From Thermoplasmatota archaeon (GTDB taxonomy: Archaea > Thermoplasmatota > Poseidoniia > Poseidoniales > Poseidoniaceae): a DNA stretch of 64,000 nt. Both the position numbers and the translations under genes were made by a program. Where the stretch lies: positions 13,033 to 77,032 of the forward strand of contig JAYYDY010000035.1 in the NCBI GenBank assembly GCA_036160375.1. The letters are read 5' to 3'. The notes under the pieces were generated by a model. The model did not search any database. It saw nothing but the letters and a program-made list of their open reading frames with translations, and was not told the origin of the DNA. Positions 1 to 8,975 of the stretch are shown piece by piece; within the stretch, counting starts at the first letter, position 1, and each line of letters opens with the position of its first letter.

Positions 1-522
1 GGTCGGCTGTTGTTGCAGAGCAGCGATGGCGGGCTGTGGGAGGGCGTTCCTCATCCCTTTGGTTGGGACATGCTCAACCGGTTGGAATACGACAGCCTCG
101 AGCCCATGGGGGCGGTTCGTAGCGGCGATGGCTGGTGGGTGCTCGGCATTGAAGGCCACCTCATCTCGATGACCGAAGGTCCGAGCCAAGAAGAGGACGA
201 GGTTCCATTGACCGAGGGCATGAACCTCGGCGACCTGCTGGTGCTGTGCACACCCGACGCCATGATCACGGCGACTCGAGAGGGGCTTCTGCGGCGATGG
301 ACCGCCCCTCATCTCGCCGATGCAGAAAGGGAAGGGCGATACAAAGCCGCAGCAGAAGCTGCCATGGCACGAAATTGGGAAGAACGTCGTCAGATGTTCA
401 TTCGAGCACAGGAAGCCGAAGATCTCGGAAAATTGTCCTTGGCCATTGAACTCTACGAAGCGCTGGGGCGGACGGAAGATGCTCGACGTTTGTTGAAGCG
501 ACAAAAGGAGGGCGGCGAATGA
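1..522 (+). CDS. Hypothetical protein, 5'-partial; beta-propeller-like strands then a TPR-like helical C-terminus
   Basis: Frame is open from base 1; stop overlaps the next ATG (ATGA); C-terminal AQEAEDLGKLSLAIELYEALG is TPR-like. Confidence 0.6.
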   Translation, partial: GRLLLQSSDGGLWEGVPHPFGWDMLNRLEYDSLEPMGAVRSGDGWWVLGIEGHLISMTEGPSQEEDEVPLTEGMNLGDLLVLCTPDAMITATREGLLRRWTAPHLADAEREGRYKAAAEAAMARNWEERRQMFIRAQEAEDLGKLSLAIELYEALGRTEDARRLLKRQKEGGE

Positions 523-818
523 GCGACGACTTGACCTCGCTCACGGTTGAGCGGGTTGAATCCTACCTCGACATCACCCGGCGGGCACGGGCCAAAGCCA
601 CACCGCTGGTGGAAGCACCTTCCGAAGAGGAGGCCCATCTCGCCGTGATGCTTCGCATGGCTGATGACTACGCTTCTGACGCTCAACATTTTCTCCAGAC
701 CGGCGACCTTGTTCGCGCCTTTGGCGCCATCAACTACGCCCATGCTTGGATTGATGCTGGCGTGAAAATTGGTTGGCTTGACGGGCACGGTGACGACGTC
801 TTGTTCACGCTTCCATAA
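519..818 (+). CDS. DUF357 family protein
   Basis: Signature MADDYASDAQHF..GDLVRAFGAINYAHAWIDAG. Confidence 0.85.
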   Translation: MSDDLTSLTVERVESYLDITRRARAKATPLVEAPSEEEAHLAVMLRMADDYASDAQHFLQTGDLVRAFGAINYAHAWIDAGVKIGWLDGHGDDVLFTLP

Positions 819-823
819 TCGTT

Positions 824-1201
824 CTATAGCGAATCGACAAGGTGGAGGTGGTTGTTCTGCCGGACTTCAATGACCGGTAGGTTCGCCTCGTAAAGGCGCC
901 GTTTGAGAGCCGTGTCCACGGTCAGTGTGGCCCAGTTGTGTTCCATGGCGCAGGCCAGGAGAACGTCATCGGTATGGCCGTTTGGTTGCCCTTCCAACCG
1001 GTTGGCTCGGGACCGCAACAGGCTCAGCAGGAGGGATTTCTTCTTTGGACGCCCACGTTCGAGCATCTCGAGTTCCTTCTCCACATGCGGGAGCAGCACC
1101 CAAGAGCACGGACCAAGAAGGGCTTCGAGGTCGCGCTCAACGTTCAATCCGGCCTCCATGCAGGCCACCCATCCGCACGCATCAATGAGCACGTGCTGCA
1201 T
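824..1201 (-). CDS. PIN-domain ribonuclease (Fcf1/Utp24-like)
   Basis: VLIDA, EL, TDD and TVDxxLKRR acidic PIN motifs; usual position downstream of eIF2-gamma. Confidence 0.85.
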   Translation of the reverse strand: MQHVLIDACGWVACMEAGLNVERDLEALLGPCSWVLLPHVEKELEMLERGRPKKKSLLLSLLRSRANRLEGQPNGHTDDVLLACAMEHNWATLTVDTALKRRLYEANLPVIEVRQNNHLHLVDSL

Positions 1202-1211
1202 GGCTTCGGCC

Positions 1212-2450
1212 TCACACGATGGTGCCGTAGCCGATCAGGCGCCAGCGAGAGCCAATGCGACGTGAAAGCGAGATGCGTTGGCCTTTGTCTGCACAAATGG
1301 GCAAGCGCAAATCGAGGTCGGTCTTGCCTTTCTCTGCGTTTCGAGTCACCCCCACCGAGGTGGCGGTGGCCACGTTGAGCATCAACATCTCGTTGTTGCG
1401 AAGCGGGTGAATCTTCTCAGGCGATTCGCCGTCCCCAGCGACCATGTGTTGCATGAGGTTGACCTCAATGGACACGCTGTTGTGAACTTCGGGAAGGTCG
1501 CCTTTGCGAGCAACGACTTGGCCGGAAAGGTTGTCCGAGGTCGTGATGGAGGGGTCAAGGAACGTGGCCATGCCACAGAGGCCTCCTGCGTGCATGGTGT
1601 CGAGGTTCAATCCACCGCCTTGCATGCTGCTGACCACCGCTTCGATCGGCTCCCAAACGGCTTTGTTGCCCTTCTCGATTTTTCGACCGGGTCCGATGAT
1701 GATTTCATCGCCTTCGGAAAACTCACCTTCCACGATGCTGCCGCCGATGACGCCGCCTCGAAGCTTGGTCGGGCGTGTACCGGGGCGGTTGATGTCGAAG
1801 GAACGAGCAACGTGCATGATGGAGCGCTTGTCCTTGGACCGGTCGGGTGTTGGAATGGTGGCCTCAATGGCGTGGATGAGGATGTCGAGGTTCACGTCGT
1901 GGTGCGCTGAAACGGGAATGATGGGTGCGTTTTCGGCGATGGTGCCTTTGAGGAAGGCTTTGATCTCGGCGTGGGACTCCATGGCCCGCTCCTTCGAGAC
2001 CAGGTCGATCTTGTTCTGAACGATGACAATGTTCTCGATGCCAGCAATCTCCAGGGCCATGAGATGTTCTCGTGTTTGGGGTTGAGGGCACGTTTCGTTG
2101 GCGGCTACCATCAACATGGCACCGTCCATGATGGAGGCCCCGGTGATCATGATGGCCATCAGTGTCTCGTGGCCTGGGGCATCAACGAAGGACACCACGC
2201 GCTCCAACTCACCTTCAACGTCATCGCCGCCATCCGGTCGCTTGCCCGTGGCGTAGTACTGACCGCTGTCGTCTTTGTAGAATGCCGTGTCAGCGTAGCC
2301 GAGTTTGATCGAGATGCCTCGCTTCCGCTCTTCGGAGTGGGTGTCGGTCCACACGCCGGACAGCGCTTGGGTCAGCGTGGTTTTTCCATGGTCAACGTGA
2401 CCGACCAAGCCGATGTTGACCTCGGGTTGAGCGGGAAGCTTTCGTGCCAT
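1212..2450 (-). CDS. eif2g: Translation initiation factor 2 gamma subunit
   Basis: GHVDHGKTT, RGISIKLGY, DAPGHE, NKID, RWRLIGYG. Confidence 0.98.
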   Translation of the reverse strand: MARKLPAQPEVNIGLVGHVDHGKTTLTQALSGVWTDTHSEERKRGISIKLGYADTAFYKDDSGQYYATGKRPDGGDDVEGELERVVSFVDAPGHETLMAIMITGASIMDGAMLMVAANETCPQPQTREHLMALEIAGIENIVIVQNKIDLVSKERAMESHAEIKAFLKGTIAENAPIIPVSAHHDVNLDILIHAIEATIPTPDRSKDKRSIMHVARSFDINRPGTRPTKLRGGVIGGSIVEGEFSEGDEIIIGPGRKIEKGNKAVWEPIEAVVSSMQGGGLNLDTMHAGGLCGMATFLDPSITTSDNLSGQVVARKGDLPEVHNSVSIEVNLMQHMVAGDGESPEKIHPLRNNEMLMLNVATATSVGVTRNAEKGKTDLDLRLPICADKGQRISLSRRIGSRWRLIGYGTIV

Positions 2451-2489
2451 GCTTCCCCCTCCTTATGTCGTGCGATTGCCCTCTCGGGT

Positions 2490-2966
2490 TCACTCCGATG
2501 CTTCCTCGCCTTCAGCAGCAAGGATGGTGGCGAGTGGCTTTTTGCCGGCTTCGACCACTTTGAGGTTGATTTGACGGGTGTCTTGGGTGACCGTGTTGCC
2601 ACGGAAGTTTCGTCGCTTTCGAAGACCATCGGGCTTGTATCGGAAGCGCTTCTGTTCGCCGCTCTTCTTCTTGTTGACGATGACTTCGCCCTTGTATCCC
2701 GTCGACTGCGTGACGAGGATGGATTGGCGGTTGCCGCCTTCAAGGTCTCGACGCATGGGGGTGCCGGTCTTGTCGGAACCGCCCGTGATTTCGAGTTTGT
2801 AGCCGGACAGCGTCTTGTCGCCTTCGCCCACAAACAGGCCGTCGACGACGTCGCCGATGCGCTTTCCGAGCATCTGAGCGTGGTTGTTGCCGGTGATTTT
2901 CAGAGCGTAGGACTTGCCGCCGTTCTTGGCGTCAGTGTCGTTGACGACTGCGATGAATTCTGCCAT
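2490..2966 (-). CDS. rps6e: 30S ribosomal protein S6e
   Basis: LEITGGSDKTGTPM, GLRKRRNFRGN, QINLKV. Confidence 0.96.
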   Translation of the reverse strand: MAEFIAVVNDTDAKNGGKSYALKITGNNHAQMLGKRIGDVVDGLFVGEGDKTLSGYKLEITGGSDKTGTPMRRDLEGGNRQSILVTQSTGYKGEVIVNKKKSGEQKRFRYKPDGLRKRRNFRGNTVTQDTRQINLKVVEAGKKPLATILAAEGEEASE

Positions 2967-3039
2967 GGTAGCACCTCTCGGGATTTGTCCGACAAAAGAC
3001 CCGTATTTAGCCCCATCGTCTGCCTCATCGCCGCCAAGG

Positions 3040-4239
3040 TCAGCGAAGTCGCTTCGGGAGGAGCAGTTCGAGACGGCTGGCGATGTCGGCCGGAAGGAAG
3101 TGCGGCATGCTCAGGTGCGTTGTTCGTCCTCGACCACCCGGTACGGTGGCCACGCGGGTGGCGATAATGCCTTCTTGCTCGATGAGTTTGGCGTATTTCC
3201 AAAGCGTCGTGTGGCTTTTCGGCTTTTGTTCGTACTCTTCGCAGACCACGGCGTAAAGCCGCTCAACATCGCCCATCGTCATGGTTTCCTCCGTCCGGAG
3301 ACGCCTGCACATGGCGAGCAGCACCAGCATGCCTTGCGGGGCGAGGTCGTCGACCACCTCCAAGCGAGCGGTGGTGTCAAGGGCGACGTTGTCGTTCATG
3401 GCGTGAACGTCCTCCACGCTGATGAGGCGTTCCGTGTACTTGTCCTGGCGGAATTCGCATCGCTCAGCCGCAGCGCTCAGGTATTCGATCACACGGCGTG
3501 CATCGCCGCTCGGTGCGGCTCGCTCAGCGAGCAGGCGAACGGTGGCTTCGGTGTACGTTCCGGGAACCAGCGCCACTTCGGCTCGCTGCAGGGCAATGGC
3601 TTCGAGGCCATCCACGGTGTAGGGTGGGATGCGAAGGTGATTGGACTGACCGAACTTGGAAATGACGGCGGTCTCGAGAACGTCCAGCACCTGCTCTTGG
3701 CTGATGAGCATCAGGGAAATCGTTCCCGTTCCCTCTTGGTCTTCGTCGATACGAAGCAGCTGATAGAGCAATTCATCGCCGGACCGACGCAGCATATGGT
3801 CCACTTCATCCAGCACCACGATGAGATGGGTTGAGGTTCGGCGTAGCATCTTTCGCAGGCTGAGCAGCATTTCACCGAGGGAGAGGCCTCGGTCGGGATG
3901 CCCCGGGTCAAACTGGTGAAGGATGCGTTGCGCCACCCGCATGCTGGTGGAGGCGTTTCGGCAGTTGATGTGCGCCACCTTGAGTTCACGCTTTCCAGCA
4001 AGATGCCGCTGCAGGTCCCTGCAGAAGGTTTTGGCGAGCACCGTTTTTCCGCTGCCCACCGGTCCGGTGATCACCGCTCGTGCGGCACCTTCCGGTGAGG
4101 CCACGTTGGAGAATTTTGACGCCAACTCGCGTTGGATGTCCTCTCGGCCCACCAGTTCATCAGGGACGTAGTCAAAATCCAACATCTCTGGGTGGGCGAT
4201 GATGAGCCCAGCGCCGATGCGGTCAAGATAGTCCACCAT
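3040..4239 (-). CDS. cdc6: Orc1/Cdc6 replication initiator (AAA+ with winged helix)
   Basis: DYVPDELVGRE, Walker A GPVGSGKT, HINC, Walker B VVLDEVD, GDAR, GRGRTT. Confidence 0.95.
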   Translation of the reverse strand: MVDYLDRIGAGLIIAHPEMLDFDYVPDELVGREDIQRELASKFSNVASPEGAARAVITGPVGSGKTVLAKTFCRDLQRHLAGKRELKVAHINCRNASTSMRVAQRILHQFDPGHPDRGLSLGEMLLSLRKMLRRTSTHLIVVLDEVDHMLRRSGDELLYQLLRIDEDQEGTGTISLMLISQEQVLDVLETAVISKFGQSNHLRIPPYTVDGLEAIALQRAEVALVPGTYTEATVRLLAERAAPSGDARRVIEYLSAAAERCEFRQDKYTERLISVEDVHAMNDNVALDTTARLEVVDDLAPQGMLVLLAMCRRLRTEETMTMGDVERLYAVVCEEYEQKPKSHTTLWKYAKLIEQEGIIATRVATVPGGRGRTTHLSMPHFLPADIASRLELLLPKRLR

Positions 4240-4328
4240 ATCAAGGGAATGCTGATGTCAACCGTTCTAAAAGATGTGGTCTCGATACGGGCGCACCGCT
4301 CGCCTTTTGCCTGCTGTACGTTGGTGAA

Positions 4329-5438
4329 TCAGGGGATTTCGTCGAACTGGTAACCCGTCTCCCACTGCTTCTCACCCAAGGCCACTTCGAGTTCGAAGGG
4401 TGTGATGAGCGGTTTGCGGTACTTGACGGCATCATCGATGGCGATACGGGGACAAGCCGTGTTGACAAAGGCATCAACGGGGTAGAAGTCGATGAGTTCG
4501 GGCCCCACGTGCTCGAGCGCCAGTAGGTAGCCTTTCTTGCCGTGCTTCGCCAGCATTCGCTTCATGCGAAGGGCGAGGGTGCGGCGCATTTGACCCGGTT
4601 TCTCTCCGATGAGGATGCCAAAGGAGTTGGCGTCTTGGACGCTCATGATGAGGCCGAAGCGCTGACGAAGGATGCGTTCAATGCGTTGGAGTGACATCTC
4701 CTCCGCATCGCCGGTGTAGGGGTCGAGCATGGCCAGCGGTTTACCGGTGTGGAGCACGAGGCCGATGGGGTGGAAATCACCGCTTCCGAGGAAGAGGTAG
4801 TGCCCGATAGAGGGGTCGTCGCCGGAGTAATTGCAACCCAACACCTGACCGGGGAAGGAAAGGCGAGCGCCGCCGATGGGAATGGTGACGTCAAAGCCGG
4901 CCTTCTCCAAACGGTCGTGAAATTCGGGCAGCAGATGAAGGTGCTGAATTGAACCGACAAGGCCGAGTTTGGTATCGGTGAGCGGCGCCATTCGGCCCAC
5001 GGCGTCCATGAATTTCTCTTGTGCTTCTTCTTCGGTCAACTCGACGGTTTGCCCTTGGTCGGAAAGACGTGCTTGAGCCATGGCGCGATGCTGTTCAAGC
5101 CAAGGAAGGACAGGGCTGAGTTCGGGGTCGCCGTCGTAGGTGACGTTGATGAATTGCGTGGGCATGCCGGAATCGATGTTCATCTGAGAATGACCCATGT
5201 GAGCGACCAATTCCACACCCATAAGTTGCATCTTGTCGTGCACGAGGTCGCACACACCGTAGCAAGGGTCAGCGGCCAGGACGACTTGGGCGCTGGTTTC
5301 GGTTTCGATGGTGTCCATCATTTCGAGGGCCTGCATTTTGAGGCCTTCAGGCACCTGAAGGGCAATCAGACGGTTGTCGTTGGCGCGAATGCGCTCCATC
5401 AACTCATCCAGTTCGAAGTCGTGGCGGTCAAGGTCCAT
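4329..5438 (-). CDS. dph2: Diphthamide biosynthesis radical-SAM enzyme Dph2
   Basis: LQVPEGL; three Fe-S cysteines in CYGVCD, GQVLGC and TACPR; GDFH; start placed after a GAGGTGA-type RBS. Confidence 0.95.
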   Translation of the reverse strand: MDLDRHDFELDELMERIRANDNRLIALQVPEGLKMQALEMMDTIETETSAQVVLAADPCYGVCDLVHDKMQLMGVELVAHMGHSQMNIDSGMPTQFINVTYDGDPELSPVLPWLEQHRAMAQARLSDQGQTVELTEEEAQEKFMDAVGRMAPLTDTKLGLVGSIQHLHLLPEFHDRLEKAGFDVTIPIGGARLSFPGQVLGCNYSGDDPSIGHYLFLGSGDFHPIGLVLHTGKPLAMLDPYTGDAEEMSLQRIERILRQRFGLIMSVQDANSFGILIGEKPGQMRRTLALRMKRMLAKHGKKGYLLALEHVGPELIDFYPVDAFVNTACPRIAIDDAVKYRKPLITPFELEVALGEKQWETGYQFDEIP

Positions 5439-5518
5439 GTTTCCCCTCACCTCAACGGCGGCGCCTCTCCCTCATGAAGCCACCCATTGGACGGATGCGT
5501 CCCAGATGCTTGATGCGT

Positions 5519-6097
5519 TCATTCTTCGTCAAGAAGCACCACTTTGTCGCCGTCCATCTCAAGGCGAACCAAGGATTGGATGCGAATGTCGGGGTAGAGA
5601 CCTTGCAGGCGATGCAACCCGCCACCTTTCTCCACCACAGCGATGATTTCGGACACCTCGGCTTCCGCTCGTCGGACGCCTTCAATCACAGCCTCGAGGG
5701 TGCCGCCGGTTGAGAGCACGTCATCAAGAATGGCCACTCGTTCGCCCGGCTGCAAGTCGTTGAGGTACATGGCGCCCTTGGAATAGCCCGTAGACTGGTC
5801 GATTTCCACCTCACCAACAAGTCCGTAGGACCGCTTTCGAGCGATCACGAGCGGAATACCCGTGGCCATGGACAGCGGAGCCGTCAGGGGCAGGCCCATG
5901 GCTTCAATCCCGAGCAAGACGTCCACGCCGGACCAATCAACGCGGCCAACAACAAGTTCGGTGATGGCCGTCAAGACTTCCGGGTTCATCCTGGGGACGC
6001 CGTCGGTGACGGGATGGATGAAGTACGGATAATCGCCCTTCCAGATGACCGGTGCTGCTTGGAGACTGGCACGGAGTTGCTCCATGGCGTCAGGCAT
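5519..6097 (-). CDS. hpt: Purine (hypoxanthine/guanine or adenine) phosphoribosyltransferase, archaeal type
   Basis: YPYFIHPVTDGVP, EAMG, RKR, STGYS, PRPP motif ILDDVLSTGGT. Confidence 0.9.
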   Translation of the reverse strand: MPDAMEQLRASLQAAPVIWKGDYPYFIHPVTDGVPRMNPEVLTAITELVVGRVDWSGVDVLLGIEAMGLPLTAPLSMATGIPLVIARKRSYGLVGEVEIDQSTGYSKGAMYLNDLQPGERVAILDDVLSTGGTLEAVIEGVRRAEAEVSEIIAVVEKGGGLHRLQGLYPDIRIQSLVRLEMDGDKVVLLDEE

Positions 6098-6162
6098 GAA
6101 ATTCCGTAGGGGTGTGAGTTCATCATCCTTCGGGAGAAGGATGAGGCGCAACAGTCACGTGT

Positions 6163-6588
6163 TCAAAGTTCGGCAAGGTACTCGACGTATTCGTCGTGTT
6201 CCATGAGGTTCTCAAGGAGCTGCTTGTCGTCGGGGTTGAGTTGCAACTCGTGAGGCTCAAGGAGAATAATCCAGCCGTCGTTGTAGGCGGAATCGTTGAC
6301 CAGGTCCGGGTTGATCTCGACTTCGCCGTTCACATCGGAAATCACGCCCGAGAACGGGGACGTCAACGAGACCTTCTCGTCGGCGGTCCAAAGCGAGAAC
6401 AGGCTGCCGCCTTCATCGATTTCGGTTTCTGCCTGCGGCAAAATCACACGCAGCACATCGCCGATTTCAACGCGGAGAAATTCACTCACGCCGATCATGA
6501 GCTTCTGGTCTTTCTGCTGAAACCAAAGGTGGTCCATCGAGTATTTTCGGTCTTGAGCAATCACAAATTCAATGATGTCGTCATCCAT
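6163..6588 (-). CDS. Glycine cleavage H-protein-like protein with atypical lipoylation site
   Basis: YSMDHLW, IGVS, SPFSG, VN..NPDLVNDSAYNDGWI match GcvH; the ESVK motif is absent. Confidence 0.85.
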   Translation of the reverse strand: MDDDIIEFVIAQDRKYSMDHLWFQQKDQKLMIGVSEFLRVEIGDVLRVILPQAETEIDEGGSLFSLWTADEKVSLTSPFSGVISDVNGEVEINPDLVNDSAYNDGWIILLEPHELQLNPDDKQLLENLMEHDEYVEYLAEL

Positions 6589-6636
6589 CTTCGCTGCCTC
6601 ATCTCGCGGCTTCCACGGGTGGTATATGAAGACTAA

Positions 6637-6657
6637 GGAAAAAAATGTAATTTTTCC
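6637..6657. promoter_or_regulatory. 7-7-7 inverted repeat (GGAAAAA-N7-TTTTTCC), putative operator between divergent genes
   Basis: Seen directly in an AT-rich spacer, about 10 nt upstream of the TATA-like GGTTAAG at 6668. Confidence 0.4.
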
Positions 6658-6706
6658 GAATCAAACGGGTTAAGAGACTCCTCATGTTGGGAGATTTGGT
6701 GAGCGC

Positions 6707-7876
6707 ATGAACTTCGGTGAAACCGACGAACAACAGATGATTCGAGAATTGGTGAGAGACTTCGCTGAAACGGTGCTTGCGCCCACGGTGGAACATCGAG
6801 ACCAGAACCAAATCCCACCTTCCGAAGAATGGCAGGCCTTCCTCGAATACGGTCTCCACGGCATCACGATTCCCGAAGCCTACGGTGGTTCGCCTATCGA
6901 TGATGTGTACGAGTCGATCATTATCGAAGAGTTGGCACGGGTCGACCCGTCCTTTGCTGTCATGTACTGTGTCCACGTTGGTCTGTGTTCCATGACCATT
7001 GCACTTCACGGTGATGAGCATCAAAAGTCAACCTTCCTCCCCCGCCTCGCAGCAGGCGAAGTAGGTGCCTACTCACTTTCTGAAGCCGGTGCTGGAACCG
7101 ACGCTGCTGCCATGTCCTGCAAAGCCAAACTCTCTGACGACGGAACGCATTACATCCTCAACGGCGAAAAGATGTGGGTCACCAACGGCGCACAGGCACA
7201 AATCATCGTTCTGTTCGCCAAAGACGTCGATCACCCCGACTACGGGACAAAGAAGCACGGCGGCACCACGGCGTTCATCGTTGATGCTGCTTACGAAGGA
7301 TTCTCTGTCGGGAAGAAAGAGGACAAGTTGGGTATTCGCTCGTCAGACACGTGCACGCTGGTGCTCAACAACTGCAAAGTGCCGATTGAAAACGCCATCA
7401 AAGGTGTCGGCAACGGGTTCCCCATTGCCATGAATGCCCTCGACAACAGCCGCATTGGCATCGCCGCACAGGCTTTGGGCATCGCTCAGGGCGCATATGA
7501 GTCAGCGCTGCAATATGCTCACGAGCGAGAGGCGTTTGGAAAGCCAATCGCTTACCACCAGATGATCATGGCCTACCTCGCCGACATGGCGACGCAAATC
7601 GAGGCTGCTCGTCTGCTGGTGTACAAGGCAGCTTGGACCAAGGAACAGCACTACCACGCCGACGGTCCACGGCACTCCAAGGAGGCCAGCATGGCCAAGT
7701 TGTTCGCTGGAGACACCGCCATGTGGGTGTCGGAACGGGCCATACAGGTGCTTGGCGGCTACGGCTACACCAAGGAATTCCCCGTTGAGCGCTTCTTCCG
7801 TGATGCAAAGATCACGCAAATTTACGAGGGCACGCAAGAAGTGCAGCGCATCGTGATCGCTCGTGCGTTGAAGTGA
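6707..7876 (+). CDS. Acyl-CoA dehydrogenase
   Basis: YSLSEAGAGTD, LNGEKMWVTN, KLGIRSSDT, REAFGKPI, QVLGGYGY, QIYEGT. Confidence 0.96.
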   Translation: MNFGETDEQQMIRELVRDFAETVLAPTVEHRDQNQIPPSEEWQAFLEYGLHGITIPEAYGGSPIDDVYESIIIEELARVDPSFAVMYCVHVGLCSMTIALHGDEHQKSTFLPRLAAGEVGAYSLSEAGAGTDAAAMSCKAKLSDDGTHYILNGEKMWVTNGAQAQIIVLFAKDVDHPDYGTKKHGGTTAFIVDAAYEGFSVGKKEDKLGIRSSDTCTLVLNNCKVPIENAIKGVGNGFPIAMNALDNSRIGIAAQALGIAQGAYESALQYAHEREAFGKPIAYHQMIMAYLADMATQIEAARLLVYKAAWTKEQHYHADGPRHSKEASMAKLFAGDTAMWVSERAIQVLGGYGYTKEFPVERFFRDAKITQIYEGTQEVQRIVIARALK

Positions 7877-8932
7877 TCACGCTTCCAAACAGATCAACTG
7901 CTTGAGCGCAACGTCCCAGTCGTGAGGCTTGACAACCACCTCGTAACTTTGGCCAACCGCCGGTGGGGTTTCTGTTGGCTTGAGCATCATTCGGAAGGTG
8001 GTGCCCTCGGCCGTTGTGCAGTGAGCCGTGTACCCGTTTCGGTACTGGTCAACACCGAGCAGCGTGCGAGAGATGGATTGAACGGTGGTGGACACGCCAA
8101 AGGTCGCCGATTCTTTGATGACCGCTTGGGCATCGCTGCGCAGCTTAGTGGATTCAACATGAGCCACGAAGGATTCGAAGCCGTCCACGATGGGTTGCGA
8201 GGGTGCTTCATGCACTTCAACCGGTGCCGGTGCTTCCTCAATTTGCTCCACCACCTGTTCCACCGGCGCCGGCAACACGGTGAACGTGTGCGTGTCGAGG
8301 CGGACGCCAAGATGGCGCAGTTCAGCTGTGTAGTTGCCTGCTTCATCCAGCTCAATGACGAATTCATCGAAATCCGGTCGGTCCATGTCAACGTTGGGTG
8401 TGAGCGAGGCGTGAATTTCCTGCCTTGTGGCGTTGTCAAACACAGAGAATTCGTAAGCCACGACTTCAACGTTGAACGAGACTGAAACGGAGATCTCTTG
8501 ACCTGTTTCGTAAGCGTCTTCGAAGATACCGATGGCACCGGTGACCTCCACCTTTTCCTCGAACAATTCGTCAGGGAATTCCACGCCACTGGCGGCCAAA
8601 AACGCCATCCAGTCCCGAACAGGAATGCCGTCGTTGACGTTGGCGTTGACGAAGGAAAAGACCAGTTCCACCACCCATTCCGGAGGTCGTTCCCCGGTCA
8701 TTTTGCCGAGCAACGTAGCGAATTCATCGCCCGAGATGAAACCGTCCTTGTTGGTGTCGAGTTCTTCGGTGAGTTTCACCGGCGACATGGAAGAATCGGC
8801 CAACCATTTTTTGAAATTGTTGTTGAGCAGACCTGCCATGGTGTTGTTGCGAGTGATGCCTTCGACCCGTCGGTTGATGGCGGCTGCTCGCTGCATGAAG
8901 TTCTCTTTGTCGCGGAATTCCAAGGTCGCCAT
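7877..8932 (-). CDS. EF-hand-containing hypothetical protein
   Basis: Canonical 12-residue loop DTNKDGFISGDE; acidic beta-rich middle and C-terminal domains. Confidence 0.7.
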   Translation of the reverse strand: MATLEFRDKENFMQRAAAINRRVEGITRNNTMAGLLNNNFKKWLADSSMSPVKLTEELDTNKDGFISGDEFATLLGKMTGERPPEWVVELVFSFVNANVNDGIPVRDWMAFLAASGVEFPDELFEEKVEVTGAIGIFEDAYETGQEISVSVSFNVEVVAYEFSVFDNATRQEIHASLTPNVDMDRPDFDEFVIELDEAGNYTAELRHLGVRLDTHTFTVLPAPVEQVVEQIEEAPAPVEVHEAPSQPIVDGFESFVAHVESTKLRSDAQAVIKESATFGVSTTVQSISRTLLGVDQYRNGYTAHCTTAEGTTFRMMLKPTETPPAVGQSYEVVVKPHDWDVALKQLICLEA

Positions 8933-8975
8933 GGAACGCCGATAACCTCGGCGCACATGAAATTGATGCCGACCA

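Noticed and set aside
1971..3834. Long plus-strand ORFs (398 and 306 aa)
   Set aside because: Antisense shadows of eif2g, rps6e and cdc6; the same applies to 27984-28967, 29784-30848 and 39921-41051
4240..4328. Replication origin next to cdc6
   Set aside because: The flanking spacers are under 90 bp and I saw no ORB-like repeats or AT-rich unwinding element
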